A stretch of DNA of 62,614 nt, filler included, from Collodictyon triciliatum (lineage: Eukaryota), in assembly GCA_043381765.1 (NCBI GenBank). It is 23 parts of 23 records of this genome, joined end to end, with 100 filler letters (N's around TTAATTAATTAA, not from the genome) between each part and the next. Parts side by side here need not be neighbours in the genome. Positions count along the whole stretch, not along the records: positions 26,095 to 28,611 come from JBHJMP010008734.1; positions 28,712 to 31,228 come from JBHJMP010008735.1; positions 31,329 to 33,845 come from JBHJMP010008736.1; positions 33,946 to 36,462 come from JBHJMP010008737.1; positions 36,563 to 39,078 come from JBHJMP010008738.1; positions 39,179 to 41,694 come from JBHJMP010008739.1; 17 more parts are not named here. One strand, written 5' to 3'. Of the stretch, positions 27,065 to 39,468 are shown one piece after another. Under the pieces are notes generated by a model. It had not been told where the DNA came from. It did not search any database and saw only the letters and a list, made by a program, of their open reading frames with translations. The number at the start of each line of letters is the position of its first letter. The first letter of the stretch is position 1. Position numbers and translations under genes: made by a program.

Positions 27065-27399
27065 CTACAACTCACTTCCAAATGACTCTCTTTTCTAAAT
27101 CATTTTCTGGAAACAATCATCCAGACATACAGAAAGACTAATGATAAAGTGACATCACAATACAATTAAATATAGAAACATGAAATCTCACGAGGATTTA
27201 ATACGCTGTGTGAGCTTCGTGACAAAAGTTTTGATTGACCATTTTTGTATGAATTTTTTTAAAAGAAAATAAGTGAGAAAGAAGGTTTAAAGTTAAAAGA
27301 AAAAGAAAATCATCTACGACCGCAGCTTTGAATTAAATACATGTGAACCAACAACCCGATGAACTCTGAAACCTCCTATCACAATAACCGTGCCCTACC

Positions 27400-28303
27400 T
27401 TACGAGACCGATAAACGTTTGAAATTTGAGAGAGTGTTTGGTGCGTGTGGTGGTAGAGCATCAGTGTTTGTAGAATCCTGCGTTCCATGAAAAGGGCGTC
27501 TGAATAATCTCCTGGTTTGTCTGGTGCTGTTAGGGAATGGCTTTGTTGACACGGATTTCAATTTCTCTCTTGTCAGAACCTCTCGACCTTCATCCTCATT
27601 ATCTCCGCCCGGCCCTAGTTTTTAAATGGTGTGGGTGAGTGAATGAAATGACAGGCGATATACAGTAATTGCTACGACAGTGCGGTACTGGGTAGCCATT
27701 GTGAGAATACATATTTATCGAATTATTTGATTGGCTGCTCATCTTATAATCAGTCATCTAATTGTGCACAAACGGGGATGGAGAATAAATAAATATATAA
27801 AAATCTTAAAACTTACAATTGTCAGTATTTACCGTTTCTGTCAGGTTTACTCTGCAATTGGACGAAACGTCGCTTTTTGATTGGAGTATTCGCTATCGAT
27901 TCACATAATTTAGTTTCATGCACAAAGATTTTGGATTATTTTCAGAAACTGCGCTTTTTTTTCTTTTTTTTTTTAGATTCACTCTATCAGTGACTTGCGG
28001 ATGAAATCATGAAACCTTTCGAAAACCCATGTCATGCACTTCAATCCCACGGTCAGTCAAGCGTCTTTCTTCAGTTTCAATGTCAAAGAGTTTTGAAAGG
28101 ATTTTTGTCTCTATTTGAGATAAGAAATCTCCAAGTCCATCATCAGAGGTATTAGGATTCAAAGAGATGCCACACTAATTAATTTTTGGAACTAAGTTAA
28201 TTATTTACTGCGAGTGCAGAACATCCAAAGAGAATTCATTAAAATTGTGGAGAAAATGGAGTAAAAATGGACTTACTAAGTCACAGAGGTGCTCAATTCC
28301 GTT
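27400..28303 (-). CDS. CCDC151/ODAD3-like C-terminal exons
   Basis: NGIEHLCDL|...LSQIETKIL|...SNCRVNL|...EDEGREVLTREKLK...*. Confidence 0.7.
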
Positions 28304-28452
28304 CTGAATAAGGAGTGATGAATAATTTAAATACTATTGTAATTTAAAAAAGCTATGGTCTCCTTAATTTTGTTCAATTCTGCTTCTTTTTTTCTTTTTT
28401 TCGTTGTTCATTTGTACGTTTGTTTTCAAGTAGACAAATAAAAGCAACAGTG

Positions 28453-28519
<67 letters not shown>

Positions 28520-28844
28520 AAAGAAAGTAAGAAAGAAAGTAAGAAAGAAAGTAAGAAAGAAAGTAAGAAAGAAAGTAAGAAAGAAAGTAAGAAAGAAAGT
28601 AAGAAAGAAAGNNNNNNNNNNNNNNNNNNNNNNNNNNNNNNNNNNNNNNNNNNNNTTAATTAATTAANNNNNNNNNNNNNNNNNNNNNNNNNNNNNNNNN
28701 NNNNNNNNNNNCCGCTCCAGGATCGTTCTCAGAAACCTCCCCTGAACCCTTCGTCCAGGGGATATTTAACGAGTCCGTCGACTCGTTAATAGGTTGAGAA
28801 TCATAAAGCAAGCTTATAGCAGAATAAAAGGACATCCCCTTACA

Positions 28845-29194
28845 TCTTTGCACTCGACCTAGTGCTTATCAAACGAACCCCACTTCTCTTTTCACCATCC
28901 TTTTCGACAACTTGCGCCATCAAAGCAGTATTCCCCCTCCTCCATCCAATCAATATCACCCGTCTCTTTTTTTCTCATGCTGGGGGGACACTATGACGCG
29001 CCCCCAAAAGAAATCCATGCGTCTCTTATCAAGCCTCAAGGACCTCTCTTTTACCTTTTTTCTTTTATTTTCTTTATTCCTGTTTTTCTTTTTCTATCTA
29101 TCACACATCACCACCTACTTTGGAACTACTTGCCTGATGGTTGAATGAAAGATTGTTGAGATCGGCTCAACAGCTAAGACATTTAGAAAAAAAA
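28845..29194 (+). mobile_element. Interspersed repeat, probable non-LTR retroelement 3' tail (copy 1)
   Basis: Homologous to 38762-39067(-) and 52046-52146(-). Ends in a stem-loop plus an A-tract. Confidence 0.75.
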
Positions 29195-29246
29195 TTAATT
29201 GGTAATCTGATATAAACTCTAAATAAGAATTCACGAAATCAGTTTA

Positions 29247-30492
29247 TTAAATTCCATAGTAGGGGCAAAATTCTTCAATTTTTTTCGGCTCTTTATTGAC
29301 CCAAAACATAGGCACATCGTTACCTACTTTCGACACCTTAGTTATGATACTCTCATCAATGTACTTGTCGTACATCGAATTTTTTGAATCTCCATTGAAA
29401 TGGAGGAAGGATGGCCGAGTTCTTGCCATTATGTGCTCCAAATGGTCTACATTCTTTTTTACCCACGGACACGTTGGATGACATACGTCTTCAATGATGA
29501 ACATGTTCAAAGCAAATTCGACACAATAGTCCAGATGTATATTGTTGTTTCCGAGAAGGTATTCTTCATGAAAAAATTTTTGGTCATCATCCCATTTTGA
29601 TTTATGCAAGGTTATTTTACTGTACATATTCCCAAGAAGGTCCTTTAGAGCCCCGGCGTAAGCAATATATATCCCAGAATTTATGAATCTAGGACTGGTT
29701 GGTGATTATTTAGCTGAAATATATGGAAATATCCAAAGTGAATATGTCACATAAAATTGGTATGGTAGTGTTCTTTCGAAACGAGCGTGAAATCTCTGAA
29801 CTTGTGAATAGTTTTTTTTATTTCAAACGATGTTACAATTATGTTAGAACATACCCTCCTTTCATACAGCTGTTGTACGACTTCTTCATATCGTAGACTC
29901 GCTCACAAGCACCTTTAACTACAGTTACGTCGGGAGCAAAACTTAATATGACTTCATCCGGGTAACAGTTGTGCTCCACAGAAACGACTAGACTGACATT
30001 TTTATCAACAAATTTCTTGACTGTGATACTCATATATTCGTTGAAAATAACGTCCAAACAGTCGGCGAATATGATTATCGTACTGTTGGTGTAATTTTGG
30101 ACTGCCTTGTTCATAATAAAAATTTTCTCGCGATTATTCTTCCAAGGTGAGTCAAAATTTAATATATGGAGAAATGCGCCGTAAGAGTGAGCTGACCGGA
30201 TGAAATTGCAAGTTTTACGTTTTCTTGAATTACATACTGAAATTACCACAGCATTGTGCTTGCGTAACGCTTGATTATACAAATTTGTGTACCGGTCTAG
30301 GTTGCGACCGATGTAGGCAATTTTTCCGCCATCCACTACTGTTTGGTCATTGCTAGATACTGGGATTAATATTTCGTCGACTTCCTTAGCGCCCGAACTT
30401 CTGGAGTATGATGCTTCCAGCGTAAAGACCGCAAGTAGAACCAGGATGAGTATGAATCCGGTTATAATTTTCGCTTTTGTACAGACAGACAT
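29247..30492 (-). CDS. Type II membrane glycosyltransferase, PLOD/LH3 GT-domain-like
   Basis: N-terminal TM, IIFADCLDVIF (DxxD), VSVEHNCYP, RFINSG, DDDQ, IHLDY, FLHFNG. Confidence 0.8.
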
Positions 30493-30545
30493 CTAAAAAG
30501 GCAAACTTTGAGAATAATTTCTCTTCATTATTCGAATTACGTTAA

Positions 30546-30760
30546 AGGGTTCTGTGAGTCTTCAGTATTAGTATTGGGAGATGATGCCTCTTCTATAGAG
30601 GTTTTCATTACAAGGAATCCGTAAGATTCCACACAGGAGACCACAACGCCCCCAAAATGTGAAGGTGGCGGACTCGTGCTCCTACAGTGAGACTTAATCT
30701 AGAAGCTGGGGGAATCGCAATGATTCAGTATGACTGCTAGGGACCTATGTCAGAAACCAT
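30546..30760 (-). ncRNA. Candidate ~215-nt structured RNA, RNase P/MRP-like topology, unconfirmed
   Basis: Terminal helix enclosing four hairpins; several G-U wobbles favour the minus strand. Confidence 0.35.
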
Positions 30761-31549
30761 CTAAATTAGTAGGATTCGAAGTTTTCTTACTTCACTAAAA
30801 AAATTTCATGAATTTCAGTTTTTTTATCGAATAAGTATTGATATAAGAATTAAATCAAAATGCTAATGTTCCATCCGTACCAAAAATTTCTGAATACAGT
30901 CATGTCTGCGTGACAAGGGTACAATTGATCCGGGAGTTGCTTGCATACTTAAAATTCTTCGTGGATTATGAATAAATTACCTCGCGGGTGTGTAAATTGA
31001 TCTATGGAACCAAAAATAATATATTTCAAACTTAGCGCGGAGCAGACTTTTATATTAACAAAGAAGCAAACCCATTTGGTTTTGCACAAAAACCACACGT
31101 ATGGCAACCAAGCCGAGCTCAGGTGCGGCGAGCGCAAGCGAAACGCACAAGAGTGAGGTGCCTCAACTTGACGACGAGAATGTGGTCTACGAGCACTACC
31201 GGACGCGACCGGTGGAGCGAGCAGCGGGNNNNNNNNNNNNNNNNNNNNNNNNNNNNNNNNNNNNNNNNNNNNTTAATTAATTAANNNNNNNNNNNNNNNN
31301 NNNNNNNNNNNNNNNNNNNNNNNNNNNNAACAATAAAAAAACAATAAAAAAACAATAAAAAAACAATAAAAAAACAATAAAAAAACAATAAAAAAACAAT
31401 AAAAAACAATAAAAAAACAATAAAAAAACAATAAAAAACAATAAAAAACAATAAAAAACAATAAAAAAACAATAAAAAACAATAAAAAAACAATAATAAA
31501 AATAGGGAATACAAAAAATAAAAGTTGCCAAGGAATCATAGTTGCGCTC

Positions 31550-32076
31550 TCATTCCATATTTTTTCTTTCACCTTTAAACTCTTCTTGCTTCTTCAAATA
31601 TGTTGGAAGAGCCTCCAATCCCTCCAATTGTTTTGTGAGGAGTGCCCATTCATCCAACTTTTTTCTGAATGCTGATTGACTATGAATTGCGGCGTCTTGG
31701 AGGATTTGTTGTTGTTTTCTCGGGAAGACATGCATATTCTTTGATTTAAAGTGCTCTTTTGAGAAGTTCAGTTATTGTAAACCAAAACGTAAAGCTATTG
31801 TGAAACATATTGGTTTTGCTTGCGGTGTTAGAATAAAACTTGGTCCTTTGATTGATGAAAAATACCTGAACGGCAAGTTCAGTGATTACTTGAATAAACT
31901 CTGAAAAGTCATCAAAAGATTCATATATTATGTGTAAAAGGGATGCCTTCGACGTAGAGGTGCCACCCTGGGTTAATAGGTTGTTGTTGAGGAAATGAGG
32001 TAGTTCCGTATTTGTACCTTGCATATTTTATTTGCTGGTTCCATAATAGTACCAAAAAAAAAGAAAATAACATGAC

Positions 32077-32173
<97 letters not shown>

Positions 32174-33396
32174 TTTGTCAAGATGAAACCACCTGAAGCA
32201 AAATAATAAATTTGCTAATAGTTGCTGAGCCTTCTACTGGTCCATCAAGTTTTTTCCCTCTGTGAAATGAAAATATGAATGAAAAATTATAACTGGTGCT
32301 GATATTAATATGCTAGTTCTAAAGACTTTGTCTTGATGAGCTGGTAAGCTTTTGGGTATGGTTCGAGCATGGAATCGATGGCCAACTCCATTGAGTTGAT
32401 TTTTTCTTTGAGTCCCAATCCTTTAGAAACCATTTCATCTAGGGAAACGAAATATTCCTTTTAAGTTTTCATGCTGTCAAACAGGTGCAAATATATTGTC
32501 ATCACATTTTAGTTTTTGAATGTTGTCCAAGTATGATATTTCATACCTCTTAGGATACTTTTGTATTTTGATTCGCATTCTAAATAATTATCCCTACTAA
32601 TCTCATACTCATCAAGAAGCTGTTCATGATATAATTGTTTATTACTCTTAAAAATAGTAATAAATAGGATATCCCTTTGAATTGTAAATATGTTTAATTA
32701 AGGACTACGACAATTCCAAAAAAAATTCACAAAATTCATATAAAAAGCTTAAGATAATAACAAAAATAATCAAAATAAACACCTGCTGTCTATTTTCTAT
32801 ATATTCCACATCATCTACCAGATTTTGAATGGGTGCCTTGAATAGCTAGACCAAAAGAAGAAAACAAAAGAAAAAATATTTTATTTCGATGTGAACATGA
32901 CAAAAAAATAAAATTTAATTTTAATATTTCAAGCATTCACCTCTTTTAAAGCTGCCAACTTCTTTGTCAACGGGGACGACGAGTCTATGGCAAAAATGAG
33001 TGATTCTAAAGCTGATGGAAGATGAGACATGTTTTGGTGAATCCTAGAAACTAAGAGTTGGACTGGGCCTATTTAATTGATTTGCGATCAGTTCTTTTGG
33101 TTAATTACAATTTCCAAGAGTCATCACAAATATATCTAAAATTCAATAAACTCAGGAAATAAACTCAGTAATTTACGCAGAAGAGAGCTGTCCGTGATAT
33201 CATTCGCAACATGATCAAAAGGATGCATGTGGACCACGATGGCAGTAATTGCCTCTTTATTTGTCTCAACAAACGAGCGAAGAAAACTGTAATCGATGCA
33301 TATGGGAAAATTTGATGCAACAGAGTCGACCAAGTGAATGACATTATCAGCACATACTTTATACGCATTCAAAACAGGATGTCTGCTGGTATCAAG
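31550..33396 (-). CDS. Hypothetical multi-exon helical protein
   Basis: Several GT-AG-bounded open exons (LFKAPIQNLVDDVEYIE, LLDEYEISRDNYLECESKY); family not recognised. Confidence 0.5.
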
Positions 33397-33749
33397 CTAA
33401 AAAAATTTATATATTTTTTGTCATTCATGCATAAGGTTTGTTTGGTTGTTTGTTTTAAAGGGGGGAAAAAAAAAAGAGCTTATGTATGTCAATAGGTGAA
33501 ATCCATATGAGCGAAAAGTACATCGCACTATTAGTGCTTCTATGAAAGCAACACAATCATATGATTTTATTTCTTAATGTGGTAGGCCAAACTTGAAATA
33601 TATGATGGGTAATTACACGCATGTATGGTATATTACGTGTTCTCCGAGTTCCATGGCACGGTCTTGGAGTGATGTCCATATCATCAGTAGAGTCCTTAAA
33701 TAAGGAAGATGTTCTTTTTATTCAATGGAGAGAAGTCAAAGAAGCACAC

Positions 33750-33845
<96 letters not shown>

Positions 33846-33945
33846 NNNNNNNNNNNNNNNNNNNNNNNNNNNNNNNNNNNNNNNNNNNNTTAATTAATTA
33901 ANNNNNNNNNNNNNNNNNNNNNNNNNNNNNNNNNNNNNNNNNNNN

Positions 33946-34035
<90 letters not shown>

Positions 34036-34291
34036 AAATGCACATTCTTTGTGAATGTTTTTTTTCTTTTCATAACCGATGAATGCTCTTTCTAAACCAT
34101 AATATTCTCTTCATCATGCCCCTTTATTATTTTAGTGTATCTTGATTTCTAATGTACTATGAAGGCATATTCTATTTGAAAAGAACGTATTAATTCAGTC
34201 TTAATGTTGCATGTATTGTAACACGACATAGATCTACTTAAAAAAAACAGTAGTCATTCGTATTATGCCGATGTAATGGAATAAAATATAG

Positions 34292-35541
34292 CCCTGCACG
34301 ACTCGACTCAGCACCGGACACAGACAGGAGGTTTCCATGAATTGCAAACCCGCCCAAGAGACATTCATGTTGGAACTCAGAGGTAGCGATTTTACCTTAA
34401 GTACATAAATATCTATTACTGTCGAATATATAATGAAATGGGACATAAACAAAAAAAATTATATGCGCAGGGATTACCGCAATATTCTAAATGAATGAGT
34501 TAATCACAGCAGGGGTCCCGAATTAGTATCTGTTTTAGAAAGAAAGGTAAATCTAGAAGGGTTATCGGAAAAAGTGTCATTGTATAAACTCTGTCGTGCG
34601 TGGGTCAATAACGATGGAGCGCCAATTGCTCTTGGAAAACACGTGAGCCCTCAACAATACTTATTGAAAAAAAAAATGCAATTTTGGCACTTTTTATGGC
34701 ACAAATTTGTAGAATTCTGACTTCAATTTGTACCTTTTAAACAAAAAAAATACACTGGGTTATATACCTATTTATGACTAGAAAATAGATCCTCATAAGA
34801 CAAAATCATCCATATCGTGAAAATATTGTTATGATATAATTCATTTTCTTGTTTTTTTAAATTAAGATTTTTGTTCAACCGTTTCAAATACATTCACGGC
34901 AGGACCTTCAAGATTCTGATTCATCACTTCATAAAGTCAGCAAAGTATCTGAAGCATCCGGGACTCGAAAGAAATCTAGCCAAGATAGGCTCCCAGACGA
35001 GGTTGGCGGGAAGGTAATATTTTTCTTATTGAATGTTAGGGTTCAAAATAGGAATCAACGCAAAACTTTCTTTGCTCCTCATTGTTCTATTTTTATTTTC
35101 ATATTAAACTACATCAGTGCAGGGCTACACAATATAATATTTCGATTAAGTTTCTGTAACTCATTTTTTTAAATTTTTTAAATTCAGATGATAATAAATA
35201 CGCACTCAAGCCTAGACAGTCATGTTGTCCTAGAAAATTATATCACCTTTTGCAAAAACACACGGAAACAGTACAACTTCCTCCTCTCTTAGATGATTAA
35301 CTATTTATTTATTTTTTGAAGCTCTGACTTACACATGCACCTAAAAAATGACATATGTAGAATATACATCCAAAAATTAGAATATATACTTTCCTGAAAT
35401 AATAAACGGAATCTTATCAGATGGAAAACAAGAATCGCATCCAAAAGAAAGAGGTTGACATCAGAGCAAACCCATTCAAACAGTGCTCAGGATGGAAGTC
35501 AATCGGAAGAGAGAAAAGTCATCCCAGAGCCAAAACAATGA
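34292..35541 (+). CDS. LIN37: LIN37-like MuvB/DREAM subunit (not in ORF track)
   Basis: VLERKVNLEGLSEKVSLYKLCRAWVNND and VLENYITFCKNTRKQ|WKTR match the two conserved LIN37 blocks. Confidence 0.7.
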
Positions 35542-35963
35542 AGGACTGCTCCAAAATAAACCTCCCACAAAAACACTTGGCTCTGCGTAATCCCATCCTA
35601 AATTAAAAAATTAATTAGAGTTTCATTAAGCAAAATACTCTAGCAAAAAAAATGGACATCCAGGTATTATTATGTCCTTCTGTCACTCATTATGAATATG
35701 ATTATGGTTATGATTATCATTTTAATTGCTCTCTACTAAAATTAAAGACTATTGTAATGATTGTACAACATTCTACAAAGCTCAATATCATGCCAACCAA
35801 CTTGAATAATCACAAGTTAGGAAACAAATACAACAATTATAGCTACAGAAACACCCACAATCGCCACGACCGAGTCGACACAGATATCCGCAAACACAAC
35901 TGAATACAACGAGAGCGCTGCTGCTCTCACGGAGGGGTTTCTTCCACCCATTTATAACAGACC

Positions 35964-36462
35964 ATGCGTTTCGGCGTTCTGTCATGGAACGCTAGGGAGA
36001 TTAACGACCCCCACAAGCGGAAAGAGGTTTACAAGACAGCTCTTTTCACCCACGCGGATATCATCTGTCTTCAAGAGACGTGGCAGAGCCCTGAGACCCA
36101 ATCTACTGAATTCGGGTGGAAGGGCCCTCAGCTATGGTCACCATCATTATCACCATCACAACACAAACATGCCGGCGTAGCAATCCTGTGCAAAAGGTGG
36201 ATTGCTAAGCTAAAGCCCATCTTCAAAGTCATTATCCCCGGCCGCGCCATAAGCATGGATATCCAGATGGATGGGAAAACAACAAGGATAATCACTTGCT
36301 ACATGTCACTCCAAACGGCTGGCCTCCAAACAAGAATGGGGGAGTTCGAGCAACTCACTAAGGAGCTTGACACCCCTCATACAATCATATGTGGAGACTT
36401 CAACGCAGTCCTTGACCCAGAGCTAGAGTGGACAGGCGTGTCCACAAGACAAGACAAGCCAT
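35964..36462 (+). mobile_element. Non-LTR retrotransposon ORF2 APE endonuclease (L1/Tx1-like), truncated
   Basis: SWNAR, DIICLQET, AGVAIL, GRAI, IICGDFNAVL; intronless. Confidence 0.9.
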
Positions 36463-36562
36463 NNNNNNNNNNNNNNNNNNNNNNNNNNNNNNNNNNNNNN
36501 NNNNNNTTAATTAATTAANNNNNNNNNNNNNNNNNNNNNNNNNNNNNNNNNNNNNNNNNNNN

Positions 36563-36790
36563 AGTTGCATGATCACGTTCTCCTCGTAGCACTTGAGTTG
36601 TTTAAGGACTTGGGCGAGTTCTTTCTTCGCTTGGTTGCGGGCTTCGTGGTTCTGGGGCAGTTTGTGCTCACCTCGAAGGCGGAGGTAGCAGCCGGCTCCG
36701 TACAGTTCTGCTCCTGGGCTCTCTTTGATCGGCGGATTCGTGTGGCCGAGAGGTCTTGGTCGAGTTGTGTACTCGATTCTCGTGCGCACT
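36563..36790 (-). mobile_element. Possible degraded LINE ORF2 linker fragment
   Basis: GC-rich, intronless patch encoding ARNQAKKELAQVLKQLKCYEE; weak resemblance only. Confidence 0.3.
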
Positions 36791-37136
36791 AGTGCTTTTA
36801 TCGAAGAAATCGAAGGGCAGGTTCTAAGGTGATTTGTCAGAAAGATTCATGACCAAGTTAAAGGCATGCCTGTTTTATTCGCTTCTCGGACAGCAAGCAT
36901 GTGTATGTCTAGGAACCTACTCCGTGACAACTAAAATAACCTATTCAGCTCCTACTACCCACTCATTTAATTTACAAATTGTGTCGCTCACAAAACCTGC
37001 TTGCTGTTAATTCCATTCCACAGTGCTAGTTAATGAGTCGCATATGAATTTACGTTCGCTATCTACCCTATACTTGTCACAAGTTGTCTTGCTATATCTC
37101 AAACCTGTCACAACTATAACTATAGTGGTAAGTTTA

Positions 37137-38204
37137 TTATATTCTTTCCTGGAGGCACAACTTCAACTTCTTTTCGAATACTTTGGTGGTAAATTCATAT
37201 AATTCTCGGTCCAAACCGTTGAGACTATTGAAATACTCTTGACTGCTTTGAGATACTTCTTCACTGTCCCCCACCCGTATATTGCTCCTCGAATTATCGA
37301 AATCCTAAAGTTCAAAATAACTTAAAATTGTTGCCTACAGGATGGTTGGTTTCTGTGATATACTAACCTCGAAGAAGAAGTTTGGAAATATGACTTGCAG
37401 TAGTTTCGATGTCTCCATCAGCCTCTCTGTTAATCCTACCAAACTATAAGTGTAGACAGTTCTCCATTTTGCTATGTATAGAGAATCTTCATCCCTGAGT
37501 AAACATTCTGGTTGTGTCCCACAAAGATATAAAGTTTGAAAGTTCCTTAGCAAAAATGCGTATTCATCAATGGTACGATTACAATCTCTCCTCAACACAT
37601 GACAGGAATAATGCTTCCATGACAACAATCTGGAGAAAGGCTCACGGATTACGTTCATGTACGATATGTCTCCTTTAGCATCAACAGTCTGGTGAGCGTT
37701 TGTCGGGAAAAAACTAGCGTATACTGTGTGTGCGTCAAATACCCCTGGACTGTTGGCTTTCATGTGGCTAGCAAAAATTTCGATGTGGGTAGAGTTTAAA
37801 ATTTCACCGGGGTGAGATTTTATTGGTAAATCGTCATTGTGGTCATGGTTAAAATAAGAAAAGCGCACGTAAGGAGTAGAGGTCGACTGAGAAAGACGGG
37901 AATTGTAATTCATATAACGTTGCATAGATTCAGAACCGCATTTCGGAACTCTATTGTAGTAAATAATATTTGGATATTCACGTCTGCAGTTCGTTACTTG
38001 GGCGAGGAGCATTGTATCGTCCGTTTTGTTTTTTAAATTTACCTCCCTGTACTCCCTGTTACGCAACATGTGATACTGATTTTTTCGATATGATATCTCA
38101 GGCATCTTGATATGATTATGGTGAGAGGACAGACCATACATCACCAGATTCAAGAACACATATGTGCAAATCAATGTAACCATCGAATTAAATTTGGACG
38201 ACAT
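37137..38204 (-). CDS. Heparan/uronyl 2-O-sulfotransferase-like Golgi sulfotransferase
   Basis: N-terminal TM, 5'PSB IYYNRVPKCGSES, 3'PB YMNVIREPFSRLLS, LYLCG, YSLVGLTE; one intron. Confidence 0.9.
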
Positions 38205-38761
38205 TGCAGCAGGTGAGTCGGAAATCTACATTATGAGACTTCTTTTTTAGGAAGAACTTCAAATGTTACTCTTTAATACATACTATTTTTCATCCTGCGA
38301 GCAGGATTCAAAAGTCTAACTTGGTAACAATATAAAAACAATACTGGACCTACAGCAGCTCCAAGTAGATATTCGTTCAAAGTTTGACGCACAGGCCGAG
38401 CCAAAGGTAGCAGGATTAACATATTTATATAAAAAGGGACTTATCAATGTTTTAGTGAAATAACTGAGTTAAGAAATTCTGAATTTCGCAGAAACAAAAC
38501 CTTTCCAACTCTGTCATCGTGAAATATTAATAAAAAATATGTTGGTACATGGTCTAGATTTTCATGGAACCAATTGGTAACTAGAACTGGATAAGTGAAG
38601 AAGTTGCCTTGCGGCATGCGCGGGGTCCTAAAATTAAGTTTCTTGTGCTCCATAATTTGGGTTCAATCAGAACCGAAGACACGAGACATAAAGGTGCTTC
38701 TACTTTTGCTGATTAATAATATATATTTTATATTCGGAAATTCAAAATTATGGAACTCATT

Positions 38762-39067
38762 TCAACAATCTTTCATTCAACCATCAGGCAAGTAGTTCCA
38801 AAGTAGGTGAGGATGTGTGGGAGTTAGAAAAAAAAACAGGGATGAAAATAGAAGAGAAGGGAAAAAAGGGGTCCTTGAGGCTTGATAAGAGACGCATGGA
38901 TTTCTTTTGGGGACGCGTGATAGTGTCCACGAGCATGAGAAAAAAAGGACGGGTGATATTGATTGGATGGAGGAGGAAGAATACTGCATTGATGGCGCAA
39001 GCTATCGAAAAGGATGGTGAAAAGTGAAGTGAGGTTCGTTTGATAAGCACTAGGTCGAGTGCAAAGA
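38762..39067 (-). mobile_element. Retroelement-like repeat (copy 2), truncated within the terminal hairpin
   Basis: Colinear with 28845-29159. Confidence 0.75.
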
Positions 39068-39468
39068 GGACTTCTCTGNNNNNNNNNNNNNNNNNNNNNN
39101 NNNNNNNNNNNNNNNNNNNNNNTTAATTAATTAANNNNNNNNNNNNNNNNNNNNNNNNNNNNNNNNNNNNNNNNNNNNGCTGCGCACAGAATCTTTTTTT
39201 TTGGGTGCGGCAGAGGTTATGAGAAATGAAATCCGTCTCGTGTCGCGCAAGCAACTGGCGCACTTGGTAACATTTTAAAAAAATCACAAAATGAAGAGGA
39301 CAGGGTGGTCATGCTTGGCCGTGCATGCATCGCCCCCCAGGCGCAGCCACGAATAGAGAGGAGTGAGCACAGTGGTGGATGACTAAAGGATTGACAACTG
39401 GCACAAAATCTAAGCTTGGGTAATAGTCAATCATTCGCCGCAATACTCACTCTCCCACCCAGGAACAC

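Noticed and set aside
29130-29160. CTGATG...GAAA considered as a hammerhead ribozyme core
   Set aside because: Reads CTGATGG rather than CUGANGA, and no stems I-III can be built.
30680-30745. GAGACT considered as a group I intron R element
   Set aside because: No downstream S element or P7 partner and no host exon context.
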